Shown piece after piece: positions 40,126 through 49,781 of a stretch of DNA of 64,000 nucleotides. Under the pieces are notes generated by a model. It saw only the letters and a list, made by a program, of their open reading frames with translations. It did no database searches and was not told where the DNA came from. This DNA comes from Alphaproteobacteria bacterium (GTDB taxonomy: Bacteria > Pseudomonadota > Alphaproteobacteria > SHVV01), in assembly GCA_965261735.1 (NCBI GenBank), contig OZ253470.1, positions 1,188,129 through 1,252,128 on the forward strand, read 5' to 3'. Position numbers and translations under genes: made by a program. Position 1 is the first letter of the stretch; the number at the start of each line of letters is the position of its first letter.

Positions 40126-41187
40126 TCACGCGGCCGTTTCCGCAGCCGCGACAATAAGAAGGACACCGTAGAGAACCAGAAATACGGCGTCCTTAACCGC
40201 CGGAACGAGCTGTTTTTCCGCCCGATTGACGGCGATTAGGGCGATGGCCTCAAGAACAAAAAAGACTCCCGACAAGAAGAAGAACGGCCATATGCTGCGC
40301 CACCAGGACAGCTCTTCCGCTTGGGGCACCTCTTGTACCCATCTCGATATCAGCAATAAGAGGGGCAACACCATCAAGTAGCCGTACGCCACAAGGAAGC
40401 GAAACCGCGTGAGCTTCCGGTCCAGTATCCAGAACGTAAAGAAGAAAAGAACGACGTGGAGAAAATCCCAAAAGAGCGACGCATATTGATCGCTCTCGGT
40501 GACCTGCAACAGGTTGAGGAACCCAAGTAGAAGCAGAAAGACGATGCCGTCGCAGAATAGCCATTCGCGCACCGTCTCGCCGGCGCTCTTCATGCTCCAG
40601 GCGCGGGTCGCCTTGTCGAACAGCAGCACCACGCCGACCGCCACGCTGGCCGGATAGATTAGATGGAGCATCAGCGCGTACTGCTGCGCCCTCGGGACGT
40701 AGATCCAGTTGAGCAGCAGGAAGGCGAGCCCCAGGGCCAGTAGTCCCAAGAGGCGCGCTCCGGCAGGAGTCTCGAATTCCGACGGCGTGGCCGGGGTTTC
40801 GCCGTCTGCCGCCGCTACCGCTCGCGGCTGCCGAGGCAGGCGGGCGAAAAGAAAGACAACGAAGGCCGCGAGCCCGACCGCGCCGACGACCGACATTGCA
40901 ACGATGAAGACGACCGATCGCCGGCCCGTCCGCCAATCCGTTGCCGCCAGCTGCTCTTGCACGCCCGGAAGGAACTGCCAGAGCGCCAGCAGGACGACGA
41001 CCAGGAGCAGGATCGCCGCCAATAGGAGCTCGTACCATTGTGGCGTGTATCCGCCGACCGGTCTGCCGGCCTCCGGCTGCTGTGATCGGCCTAGGTAACG
41101 AGTAACGAGGAAAACGAGGAAGGCCGCGACGGCAACCGCCGCGATGGCGATCATGACCTCGAGGAAGGCAACCGATCTGCTATCCAC
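40126..41187 (-). CDS. Hypothetical polytopic membrane protein of about 10 TM, a possible permease, downstream of hyuB2.
   Basis: 353 aa, highly hydrophobic, no recognisable family motif. Confidence 0.45.
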   Translation of the reverse strand: MDSRSVAFLEVMIAIAAVAVAAFLVFLVTRYLGRSQQPEAGRPVGGYTPQWYELLLAAILLLVVVLLALWQFLPGVQEQLAATDWRTGRRSVVFIVAMSVVGAVGLAAFVVFLFARLPRQPRAVAAADGETPATPSEFETPAGARLLGLLALGLAFLLLNWIYVPRAQQYALMLHLIYPASVAVGVVLLFDKATRAWSMKSAGETVREWLFCDGIVFLLLLGFLNLLQVTESDQYASLFWDFLHVVLFFFTFWILDRKLTRFRFLVAYGYLMVLPLLLLISRWVQEVPQAEELSWWRSIWPFFFLSGVFFVLEAIALIAVNRAEKQLVPAVKDAVFLVLYGVLLIVAAAETAA

Positions 41188-41304
41188 CTTGTACCCGGGG
41201 GCTCATGTGAACGCGGCCCTGCGATCCCACGATTGCGGCGGCGCGGCGCAGCCGCACGGTCCGCCGAAAACAGCCGGCGACACGTGCCAGCGCCCGCATG
41301 CGCG

Positions 41305-43545
41305 CTAGCGAGACCGCAATCGCTGGGTCTCCTCCGAATTCAGGGTGTCAGCGACCGGATCGATGGCGACTCCGTAAACATCTCGGGCGATCTCTATTGT
41401 TATGTAGTCGTCCAGATAATCGCCCAGCACCATCGCCGGATCACGCGCTTTAGGATCGCCGTAGCCACCGCCGGAGGGCGCCGTGATTTGGATCAGATCG
41501 CCAGCTTCCATCTTATATCCGGTGACCTTGGAGGGCCAGTTCTGCTCTTCTGCCGTGCCCGGGTTCTTAACGAGCTTGCCCGTGTGGCCTTCCGTCCCAC
41601 CGAAGACGCCGTGCGGCTTTTCCAGGTGGCGGTCCGCCTCACACGAGATGTAACCCGGTGCGAGGAACCGGTTCTCGCGCACGATGCCGATGCCGCCGCG
41701 CCACTGGCCGGCGGCCGGAGGATCGGGCCGCAACTCGTAGCGCTCGTTGCGGATCGGATAGTGCATGTCGAGCTCTTCGACCGGATTGTTGCGCGTGTTG
41801 GCCATAAGGTTGTCGACGCTGTCCATGCCGTCCTTGCCGTGTCGGCCGCCGTAACTCCCCTCGTCGACCTCCAGATAAACCCAGTATTGCTGTTTCTCGG
41901 GAATGAACCCGCTGTAGGAGATGAAATAGAGCGACGCGGAATTGCCCCCGGTCGCCCTTTCCGGGATGACCGGCGACAGCGCGTGAATGACGCAGTCCAG
42001 CACCCTCTGAATCTGGGCGAAGCGTGAAAAGCAGGCGCGCGGAAAGTTTGGATTGAAGATCGTGCCCTTGGGGGCAATGACGTTGACCGGGCGGAAGATG
42101 CCCTCGTTTTGCGGGATGAACTCCTCGAAGGTCACTTCGTCCAGCATTAGGGTACGAACGATGTAGTTGCAAGCGACCACGAGACTGCCCTCGAAGGGCA
42201 CGTTGAAGCCGGTCTCCACCTCGGCCGCCGACCCGGTGAGGTCGATGGTGATGTCGCTGCCCTTGACACGCACGGTGACGTTGACCTTCAGCGGCGTATC
42301 GCGGTTTTTCCCGTCGTCATCCAGCCAGCCCTCGGAGTGGTACTCACCGTCGGGAACCTTTTCGATCTCGGCGCGCAGCATTCTTTCCGAGTAGTCCATC
42401 CAATAGTTTGCCGTGCCCATGACGGTGTCCGCGCCGTATTTCCCGACGAGCCGCAGAAAACGCTCGCGTCCGATTTCCACCGCCGCGATCATCGCCTCGA
42501 TATCCGAGGTATCCATGTCGGGGGTGCGCACGTTGTCCTTGAGGAGTTGCCAGACCTCCTCGTTACGGGTTCCGCGGTCGTACAACTTGATGGCGTTGAA
42601 GAGCTTGGACTCGGCGTAGACGTCGACCACGTCGACATTGATGCCGGGGGCGGCGCCGCCCATGTCGAGCAGGTGCGCGGTGCAGGCGGAGAACCCCAAT
42701 AGCCCGCCGTCATGAACGATGGGCACGATCACGGCCACGTCGGGCGTATGCGAGGCGCCGTAATAGGGGTGGTTGTGGATGATGACGTCGCCCTCGTGGA
42801 TGTTGCCGGCCAACCGTTTCAGGATGCCTCTGATGTACCAGGGAAGAGAACCGATGTGCATCGGCGTGCTCTCGCTCTCGCAGAGCTCATTCCCTTCCAT
42901 GTCGAAAATGCCGCAACCCAGGTCCTCCGACTCGCGAATGATGCTCGAGTAGGACATTCGGTAAAGGACGTGGGCCATCTCCTTGGCGATGGCGTTGAAG
43001 GCGCCGCCCACCACGCGAAGCGTGACTGGGTCGAGGTCCTGATATGAAAAGTCGGTAATCTTCGATGGCGCCGGACGGCCAGTCAGCGCCACCGCGGTCG
43101 AAACTGGCTCGGAGTCGGCCTGTCGCAACGCTGGCAGCTGGGGCGCGGGCGCCGGCCGCAGAGCCTCCGCCGCCGGTTCCGTTGCCTCGGGCGGGGAGGC
43201 TACCGGAGCGTCCGTTGTGGCCGGTAGCCCCGGTCGCGGCCGGACCGTGTCCGGCGGCGCGGCGCCCCGCCCGGTATCGACGAGCGTCATTGCGCACTGG
43301 AGGAGGCTGTCGTCGGAGGCGACCTCGAGCTGCTCGCCCAGCGACAGACCACCGCGCCCGTTGGCCGTTCCCGATTTTCGCACCTGGGCGCCGTCCGCCC
43401 GCAGCTCGCCTTCCACTTCCACGCCGTCGCCACGCAGGTGGTGGTTGATAATGTCGAAACTCCAACCGTCGCCGTAGGCGTCGCGGAGTGCCTTGACGAC
43501 GGCGGGGACGGTTGTTGGTCCCGTCGTACTTGGCGCGTCATTCAT
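41305..43545 (-). CDS. hyuB: Hydantoinase B / oxoprolinase-family subunit, copy 2, with a roughly 175-aa N-terminal extension: a GDGW domain and a Pro/Ala-rich linker.
   Basis: MNDAPSTTGPTTVPAVVKALRDAYGDGWSFDIINHHLRGDGVEVEGELRADG...SLLQCAMTL, then a P/A/T-rich linker, then HyuB homology from ...LDPVTLRVVGGAFNAIAKEMAHVLYRMSYSSIIRESEDLG. Confidence 0.85.
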   Translation of the reverse strand: MNDAPSTTGPTTVPAVVKALRDAYGDGWSFDIINHHLRGDGVEVEGELRADGAQVRKSGTANGRGGLSLGEQLEVASDDSLLQCAMTLVDTGRGAAPPDTVRPRPGLPATTDAPVASPPEATEPAAEALRPAPAPQLPALRQADSEPVSTAVALTGRPAPSKITDFSYQDLDPVTLRVVGGAFNAIAKEMAHVLYRMSYSSIIRESEDLGCGIFDMEGNELCESESTPMHIGSLPWYIRGILKRLAGNIHEGDVIIHNHPYYGASHTPDVAVIVPIVHDGGLLGFSACTAHLLDMGGAAPGINVDVVDVYAESKLFNAIKLYDRGTRNEEVWQLLKDNVRTPDMDTSDIEAMIAAVEIGRERFLRLVGKYGADTVMGTANYWMDYSERMLRAEIEKVPDGEYHSEGWLDDDGKNRDTPLKVNVTVRVKGSDITIDLTGSAAEVETGFNVPFEGSLVVACNYIVRTLMLDEVTFEEFIPQNEGIFRPVNVIAPKGTIFNPNFPRACFSRFAQIQRVLDCVIHALSPVIPERATGGNSASLYFISYSGFIPEKQQYWVYLEVDEGSYGGRHGKDGMDSVDNLMANTRNNPVEELDMHYPIRNERYELRPDPPAAGQWRGGIGIVRENRFLAPGYISCEADRHLEKPHGVFGGTEGHTGKLVKNPGTAEEQNWPSKVTGYKMEAGDLIQITAPSGGGYGDPKARDPAMVLGDYLDDYITIEIARDVYGVAIDPVADTLNSEETQRLRSR

Positions 43546-43557
43546 CGCCGGGCCCCG

Positions 43558-45636
43558 TTAGTGCAGTTTGATGAGAAGGTTGCCGTGAGAGTCTACCTCC
43601 GCAAGCAGCTCCGGCAAAATGAGGGTCGTGGTGTCCGCTTGCTCGACGATGGCGGGCCCCTGGATCACATTGCCCCTCTTCAGACGCCGCCGGTCGTAGA
43701 TAGGTGTGGAGACACTCGCGGGGCGCCCGCCGTCATCAAAAACGACGCTGCGACGCGCCGTCAACGCATCGGCGTCCGGTTCGCGCGAGCCCGCCGGTAG
43801 CTCCGCGGTACGAAGCTCCGGGATCTTGCCGAGGCCGATCACCCGGATGTTCACCAGCTCGACGTCCTTGTCCTCGAAATGCCGGCCATATTCACGTTCA
43901 TGCGTGCGGTGGAACTCCGCAATCAACTGTTCGATAAAACCAGCGTCCACGTTACCGGCGGGGGCGTCGACCCGCAGCTCGTATCCCTGCCCGTGATAGC
44001 GGCACTCCGCGACCCTCAGGAACATCCGGTCCTGTCGTCCGGTGTTGTCGCTGTCCAGCTGCCTCGCGGCCAGCTGCTCGAGCTGCGCGTAGTCCTCGGC
44101 GATTGGGCCGAGGTCCGGTTTGCTCAGGAGCTGCAGCTGGGTGCGGCTGAAATCGTAGGACAGATCGGTGGCCAGCAGGCCGAGGGCGGACGTAAGGCCC
44201 GGACTAGGTGGCACGATCACCAAGGGAATCGCTAGTTCCAACGCCACCTCGCAGGCCTGTAGGGGCCCGGCCCCGCCAAACGCCACCAGGGCGAACTCGC
44301 GCGGGTCGTACCCCTTGCGCACGCTGTTCATCTCGATCGACTGGATCATGCCGTGGTTGAGGATCTTGATCGCCCCGAGCGCCGCCTCCTCCACCGACAT
44401 GGCGAGTTGGGCGCACAGGTGTTTCTCGATACCCTGGCGCGACAGGTCGAACCGGAGCCCCATCTTGCCGCCGAGGAAGTTGTCCGGATTGAGCCTCCCC
44501 AGTACGGCGTTACAATCGGTCGACGTGGGTAGCTCACCCCCTCTGTCATAACAGCAGGGACCGGGTAGCGCCCCGGCGCTTCTCGGCCCGACTCGAAACA
44601 CGCCGCCCTTGTCGACATAGGCGATCGAGCCGCCTCCGGCGCCGATGGTGTCGATATCCACCATGGGGACCATGGCCTGGTAGTCACCAATCTTCGTGTC
44701 GAGCAGATGCTTCATGCTCATCCGGCCGTCGGGCGCCACGCCGATGTCGGCCGAGGTCCCCCCCACGTCCAGGGTGATCGCATTCTTGTACCCGGCCAGA
44801 CCGCTGGCCCAGATGCCTCCGATCAACCCGGCGACGGGTCCCGACATCAGCAGCGTCACGGGCCGGCGAGTCGCGCCCTGAGCAGTGGCAACCCCCCCGT
44901 TGGCCTGCATCAGATGCAGGTCCGAACGGAACTGCTCCTGCTTCATGGCGCGGTTCAAATTGTCCACGTAGGTCGCGGTCTTCGGCCCGACGTAGGCATT
45001 GAGACAGGTCGTGGTGAAGCGCTCATATTCCCTGTACTGGGGTATCACCTCGTGACTGAGCGACAGAAACACCTCGGGCCATTCCTCGCGGATGATCTCT
45101 CCGGCCCGCTTTTCGTGGGCCGGATTGAGGAAGGAGAACATGAAGCAGACCGCGACCGCCTCGACGCCCGCGCGCTTGAGCTTACGGATGGCCTCGCGCA
45201 CGCCCTCCTCGTCAAGGGGAACGAGCACCTCGCCATCCGGAGCGATGATGCGCTCCTTGACGGTCAGGCGATAACGTCGCCTGACCAACGGATATTTCTG
45301 CCAGGGCAGATCCTGCTGGATGCTGAAGTTGTAAGGGCGCTTGTGGCGGGCGATGTGGAGGATGTCCCGGTAACCCTCGGTGGTGATGAGCCCCGCCTTC
45401 GCTCCGTCGTGTTGCAGGATGATGTTGGTCGCGATGGTGGTGCCGTGGAAGAACTGCTCCACGTCGGAGGGAGCGACGCCGGCGCTCTCGCAGATCTCTA
45501 GTGCCCCGCCAATGGTACCGATCGAGGGGTCATCCGGGGTGGTGGGAACCTTGTTGAGGTCTATCGTCCCCTTCTCGTCGTTGACGAGTACGAGGTCGGT
45601 GAACGTTCCCCCGACATCCACGCCCATCCGAATCAA
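43558..45636 (-). CDS. hyuA: Hydantoinase A / N-methylhydantoinase A-family subunit, copy 2.
   Basis: 692 aa. MGVDVGGTFTDLVLVNDEKG...DVGGTSADIG. About 50% identical to copy 1. Confidence 0.9.
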   Translation of the reverse strand: MIRMGVDVGGTFTDLVLVNDEKGTIDLNKVPTTPDDPSIGTIGGALEICESAGVAPSDVEQFFHGTTIATNIILQHDGAKAGLITTEGYRDILHIARHKRPYNFSIQQDLPWQKYPLVRRRYRLTVKERIIAPDGEVLVPLDEEGVREAIRKLKRAGVEAVAVCFMFSFLNPAHEKRAGEIIREEWPEVFLSLSHEVIPQYREYERFTTTCLNAYVGPKTATYVDNLNRAMKQEQFRSDLHLMQANGGVATAQGATRRPVTLLMSGPVAGLIGGIWASGLAGYKNAITLDVGGTSADIGVAPDGRMSMKHLLDTKIGDYQAMVPMVDIDTIGAGGGSIAYVDKGGVFRVGPRSAGALPGPCCYDRGGELPTSTDCNAVLGRLNPDNFLGGKMGLRFDLSRQGIEKHLCAQLAMSVEEAALGAIKILNHGMIQSIEMNSVRKGYDPREFALVAFGGAGPLQACEVALELAIPLVIVPPSPGLTSALGLLATDLSYDFSRTQLQLLSKPDLGPIAEDYAQLEQLAARQLDSDNTGRQDRMFLRVAECRYHGQGYELRVDAPAGNVDAGFIEQLIAEFHRTHEREYGRHFEDKDVELVNIRVIGLGKIPELRTAELPAGSREPDADALTARRSVVFDDGGRPASVSTPIYDRRRLKRGNVIQGPAIVEQADTTTLILPELLAEVDSHGNLLIKLH

Positions 45637-45690
45637 GTCAAGCCCCCGTTCGCCTGTAACGGTGCATGCGCAGTCGGCGCCGTCGCGGAT

Positions 45691-46377
45691 TCAAGCACCG
45701 GTTTCCACCTTGGCCTGACCGAGGTAGTCGAGCACCCGCTCGAGGGGCTCCACGTCGCCGAACTTCGCGTCAATGTCGAAGAGGTTCCAGTCGACGACGC
45801 CGGCCACCCGGTCGCCCACCGCCTCGCGGACGACAATCGGCCGGAACCCCTCGGCGATCGCATCTTCGGTCGTGTGGCGGACGCACGCGCTGACGGTCGT
45901 ACCGGTGATGATGACCGTATCCACCCCGGCCGCCCTCAGGAAGCCGGCGAGATAGGTGCCGTGAAAGGCGCTGGCCCGCTTCTTGACGATAACATGCTCG
46001 CCGGCCTGCGGCGCGATGCGCTCGTCGATGGCAACGCCCTCGGTGCCGAGCTTCAAGACGGCCAGCGGAATCTTGAGATGCCACAGGCCCATGTCGGTAT
46101 TCGGCCCTTCGGTGACGGCATAGGCGGTGGTCGTGTAGACGATGGGAATGCGCTTGGCGCGCGCCGCCGCCAGCAGCTTCTGGACGCTCGGAATGATCAC
46201 GTCCATGCCGTCGCAACTGAACGCGTTGCCGGGGCGCGTCCAGGCGTTCGCGAGATCGATATTGATGAGCGCGGGCCATTCGCCAAAGCCAATTCGGCGC
46301 TGGAATCCCCGCTTCTTGTAGAGGTCGGAATCGGCGGAGAAGACCCGGCTCAGGGCCTTGCTAAGCTCTTCGTCCAT
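45691..46377 (-). CDS. Isochorismatase-family cysteine hydrolase, N-carbamoylsarcosine amidase-like (paralog 2).
   Basis: ALINIDLANAW...VDTVIITGTTVSACVRHTTEDA with the catalytic Cys context. It heads the operon with hyuA2 and hyuB2. Confidence 0.8.
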   Translation of the reverse strand: MDEELSKALSRVFSADSDLYKKRGFQRRIGFGEWPALINIDLANAWTRPGNAFSCDGMDVIIPSVQKLLAAARAKRIPIVYTTTAYAVTEGPNTDMGLWHLKIPLAVLKLGTEGVAIDERIAPQAGEHVIVKKRASAFHGTYLAGFLRAAGVDTVIITGTTVSACVRHTTEDAIAEGFRPIVVREAVGDRVAGVVDWNLFDIDAKFGDVEPLERVLDYLGQAKVETGA

Positions 46378-46487
46378 AGTGAAACGAAGCTACCACCGAC
46401 CAATCGGGGTGTCGATTTGGATTTGCGAGCCGTGGTACGGGGAGTTGTCGGGGCGGCCCGGTGGCCGCAACCGCGTTCGGCCTTGCC

Positions 46488-46902
46488 CTATTCCGGCGGG
46501 GTGACCCCCGTCTGTTCGGTGATGATCTTGTAGTGCTCGATCCGCCGATGGACGGCGAAATTGAACATGGCGTCCTGTGCGCGCACGCAGAGGTCCAGAT
46601 CGCAGCGGGCGGCGATCAGCTCGTCCCCTTTGGTGGCGGCCTGAGCGACGATCTCGCCCGACGGCGCGGCGATGATGGAGCCACCGATCAGGTCGCAGCC
46701 CTTCCTCGATGCCCGCCTTGGCCACGCCCACCACCCAGGCACCGTTCTGATAGGTGCCCGCCTGCATGCACAGATGATTGTGGAAGGCCGTGAGGTCGCT
46801 ATAGATCGGCTCCCACGGCATGTTCGCTGGCGTGTTGTAGCCGAGAAGCACGACTTCCGCCCCCTTGAGCGCCAGCACCCGATATGTCTCCGGCCAGCGC
46901 CG
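46488..46902 (-). pseudogene. N-carbamoyl-D-amino-acid hydrolase (D-carbamoylase, nitrilase superfamily), C-terminal roughly 128 codons only. The 5' part is deleted next to truncated IS1595 copy 2, and there is an internal frameshift.
   Basis: ...RRWPETYRVLALKGAEVVLLGYNTPANMPWEPIYSDLTAFHNHLCMQAGTYQNGAWVVGVAKAGIEEG matches DCase residues about 176-245 (RRWPEAWRVMGLRGAEIICGGYNTPTHN...SMQAGSYQNGAW). In a second frame ...DLIGGSIIAAPSGEIVAQAATKGDELIAARCDLDLCVRAQDAMFNFAVHRRIEHYKIITE matches the DCase C-terminus. The catalytic Cys is lost. Confidence 0.8.
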
Positions 46903-47398
46903 TCCACCGATCCTGTCTTGGTTGGGCCGCACCATGCCCGAGCGGAGCTTGTGGAGAATTTGAAAGGCCGTCTCGTAGCGCGAAAGACCAAGTTGCCGCT
47001 GAAACTGCACGGCGGACATGCCGGGCGTCTGACTGGCGACCAGATAAGCGGCCCAGAACCAGACGTTCAGCGGAGTGTGGCTACGCTCCATCACTGTTCC
47101 CACCGTCAGCCCGGTGTTCTGGCGGCACTTGCGGCAGCGCAGGACGCCAGGGCGGTTTTCAAAGTGGAACGGCTCTCCCGCCGTGCCGCAGTGCGGGCAG
47201 GCAAAGCCGTCTCCCCAGCGGGCTTTCTCCAGGTAGGCGGCGCAGGCCGCATCATCGGGGAAAAGTCGCTGGAACTCGGGTAGCGAATGCGGGAATGGGA
47301 GATCGGCGCGGTCGAGAACATCCATGGCGCGCTCCCCTATATCCGGGTTGCGCCCATTCTAGCCCTAGTGGGTGTGGGTGTAAACCGGATAGGTAAGG
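46903..47398 (-). mobile_element. IS1595-family copy 2, truncated. It keeps the 5' IR and the first 141 codons of the transposase and is fused to the D-carbamoylase remnant.
   Basis: IR ...GGTGTGGGTGTAAACCGGATAGGTAAGG at 47371-47398. The transposase reads MDVLDRADLP...NQDRIGG and then switches to carbamoylase sequence. Confidence 0.8.
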
Positions 47399-47713
47399 AT
47401 TGTATTATTTGGAATAAGTGGATTCGTTTCACTTGGGTTCATGATCGGCACTATTGACTTTCATAAACCAATTTTTCTGTCGGTATATTGGGAGCACCTT
47501 CGGATATCTGGTCCTGGCTATTGTGTTGTGGCTCCTCGCAATCAGGCTTTTTCTGACCGAATTCAAATATTATGATTAGGAGCTGTTCCCGAACCAGGCG
47601 CTCAACGACCACTGGAGGAATGGAATTTGGGGGTCGATACTTGTAGGTCGCTAAATCTGCAGCTTCGGTAGCGTAATGGCCGTAAGTGGACCCTCGGTCT
47701 ATGAGTGCACCCC

Positions 47714-48586
47714 CTAGTCGCGCAGCAGCTCGTTGACCGAGGTCTTGGCGCGCGTCCCGGCATCGACCTGCTTGACGATGACCGCGCAGTAAAGGTTCGG
47801 GCCGGGGCTGCCGTCGGCGAGCGGCTTGCCCGGGAGGCTGCCCGGTACGACGACCGAGTAGGCCGGCACCAGGCCGTAGTGGATCTCGCCGCTGGTGCGG
47901 TCGACGATCTTGGTCGAGGCGCCGATATAGACGCCCATCGAGAGCACCGCGCCGGTTTCCACGATCACCCCCTCGGCGACCTCGGAGCGCGCGCCGATGA
48001 AGCAGTCGTCCTCGACGATGACCGGCCCCGCCTGCAGCGGCTCGAGCACGCCGCCGATGCCGGCGCCGCCTGAGATGTGGCAGTTCTTGCCGATCTGGGC
48101 GCAGCTTCCCACGGTCGCCCAGGTATCGATCATGGTTCCGGCATCGACGTAGGCGCCGAGGTTGACGAAGCTCGGCATGAGCACGACGCCGGGCGCGATG
48201 TAGGCGGAATGGCGCACCACGCAGCTCGGCACGGCGCGAAAGCCCGCGGCGCGGAAGCGCGCCTCGTCCCAGTTGGCGAACTTCGACGCCACCTTGTCGA
48301 ACCACGGCGTGTTGGCGCCGGGGCCGCCGGGAATCGTGGCCATGTCGTTGAGACGAAACGACAGCATGACGGCCTTCTTGAGCCACTGATGGACCCGCCA
48401 CACCCCGCTCACCCTCTCGGCCACGCGCGCGGTTCCCGAATCGAGGGCCTCGAGCGCCTCGGCCACCGCGTCGCGGACCTCTCCCGTCGTCTTCGCGGTG
48501 ACCTGGTCGCGCCTGTCCCAGGCGGCTTCGATCACGGGCGCAAGTTGCTCGGCCGGCATCGCTGGCCCCTCCGCTTCTCCTGTCAC
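47714..48586 (-). CDS. dapD: 2,3,4,5-tetrahydropyridine-2,6-dicarboxylate N-succinyltransferase.
   Basis: ...[14 protein letters not shown]...[50 protein letters not shown]...[11 protein letters not shown] is near-collinear with E. coli DapD. The start may instead be at 48559. Confidence 0.93.
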   Translation of the reverse strand: MTGEAEGPAMPAEQLAPVIEAAWDRRDQVTAKTTGEVRDAVAEALEALDSGTARVAERVSGVWRVHQWLKKAVMLSFRLNDMATIPGGPGANTPWFDKVASKFANWDEARFRAAGFRAVPSCVVRHSAYIAPGVVLMPSFVNLGAYVDAGTMIDTWATVGSCAQIGKNCHISGGAGIGGVLEPLQAGPVIVEDDCFIGARSEVAEGVIVETGAVLSMGVYIGASTKIVDRTSGEIHYGLVPAYSVVVPGSLPGKPLADGSPGPNLYCAVIVKQVDAGTRAKTSVNELLRD

Positions 48587-48622
48587 GAAACTCGCGCGAC
48601 CATAATCCGGGGCGCCGCGCTG

Positions 48623-49335
48623 TCAACCGCGCTCGGCCGCCGCTTCCTCGCCCGTCAGGGCCTCGAGCCAGGCCGCCAGGTCGTCGGCAACGTAGTGCAC
48701 GTGCGCGCCGTCGGAGCCTTCCTTGGCGCTGTCGCGGTCGTTCGCGACCCAGACCGTCGTCATTCCAAGCGCGGCCGCGGGCTCCAGGTTGCGGGCGATG
48801 TCCTCGACCATGGCGGCGGCGCGAGGATCGACGTCGTGGCGCTCAATTAGCCTCCGATAAGTCTCGGGGTAAGGTTTTGCCAGGTAGTCTGCGGCTTCGA
48901 TGTCGAAAACGGCTTCGAAGTGGGAGCGCACGCCGAGGCGCGCCAAGATGCGTTCGGCGTGCGCCGTCGAGGCGCTGGTAAAGACGAGCTTGCGGCCCGG
49001 GAGCTTGTCGAGGGCGCTGTGCAAACGCTCGTCGACCGGCATGTGACCAAGGTCGATGTCATGAACATAGTCGAGGAAGGTCGTCGGATCGGTGTCATGA
49101 TGCAGCATCATGCCGCGCAGGGTGTTGCCGTAGCGCCCGAAATAGTCGCGCCGCACGGCGCGGGCGGCGGCGGGTTCGACACCGGTGGCGGCGGCGGCGA
49201 ACGCGCTGATGCGGGCGTCGATCTGCGCAAAAAGGTCCCAATGGGCGGGGTAGAGCGTGTTGTCGAGGTCGAACAGCCAGACCTCGACATGGGCGAGCGC
49301 CTGGCCCGAAGGCGCCGCGCGACTGGCCGTGGGCA
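48623..49335 (-). CDS. HAD-superfamily hydrolase, pyrimidine 5'-nucleotidase-like.
   Basis: HAD motif I WLFDLDNTLY, motif II, and a C-terminal (A)NDRD motif. The ORF-track N-terminal extension is probably not translated. Confidence 0.75.
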
Positions 49336-49436
49336 TGGCGCGAGTTTGCGGCCCCAGCGGAGCCGGGGCAAGCCGGAAATCGGGATCGCGCCCGCCTTGC
49401 GTCACCGATACCGCGCATTAGATGTTAGAATGAGTC

Positions 49437-49703
49437 TTGCCTATCCGGTTAACACCCATGACCGCTACATGTAGGGTGCCGCCACTCTCCCGAGTAAAGC
49501 TCGGCATAGGTTGGAGCAGAGGTGTCGCCCGCGATGCCGAGCAATGAGCGGAAGGCGTTGAACGGGTAGAACCGCCTGTTGAAGCGGAAGGTGAACTCGT
49601 TGAGGTAGGCTTGTAGGTGCTGGTGGCTAACGCCGTGGTGGATACCGATCAGCCACGTCTTCAGGTTGGCGAAAACCAGATGGATGATCGACAGGTATGA
49701 GTA
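49437..49703 (-). mobile_element. IS1595-family fragment, copy 4: a 3' roughly 265 bp with IR. It replaces the native upstream region of the GGDEF gene.
   Basis: CTTGCCTATCCGGTTAACACCCATGACCGCTACATGTAGGGTGCC... plus the transposase C-terminal codons ...IIHLVFANLKTWLIGIHHGVSHQHLQAYLNEFTFRFNRR...SGEWRHPTCSGHGC. Homology to intact copies stops near 49703. Confidence 0.8.
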
Positions 49704-49781
49704 TCGGCCGCTCCCCGGCGCCCCGAGCGAGGCCGATTGGCCGATCGGGGTCGAACCACGTGAGCGCGACCCGCACACATC

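Noticed and set aside
47581-47713. A tRNA-like appearance of gcgtaatggccgtaagtggaccctcgg near the dapD 3' end.
   Set aside because: There is no T-loop consensus (GGTTCGAATCC-like) and no acceptor-stem complementarity. I rejected it as a tRNA.
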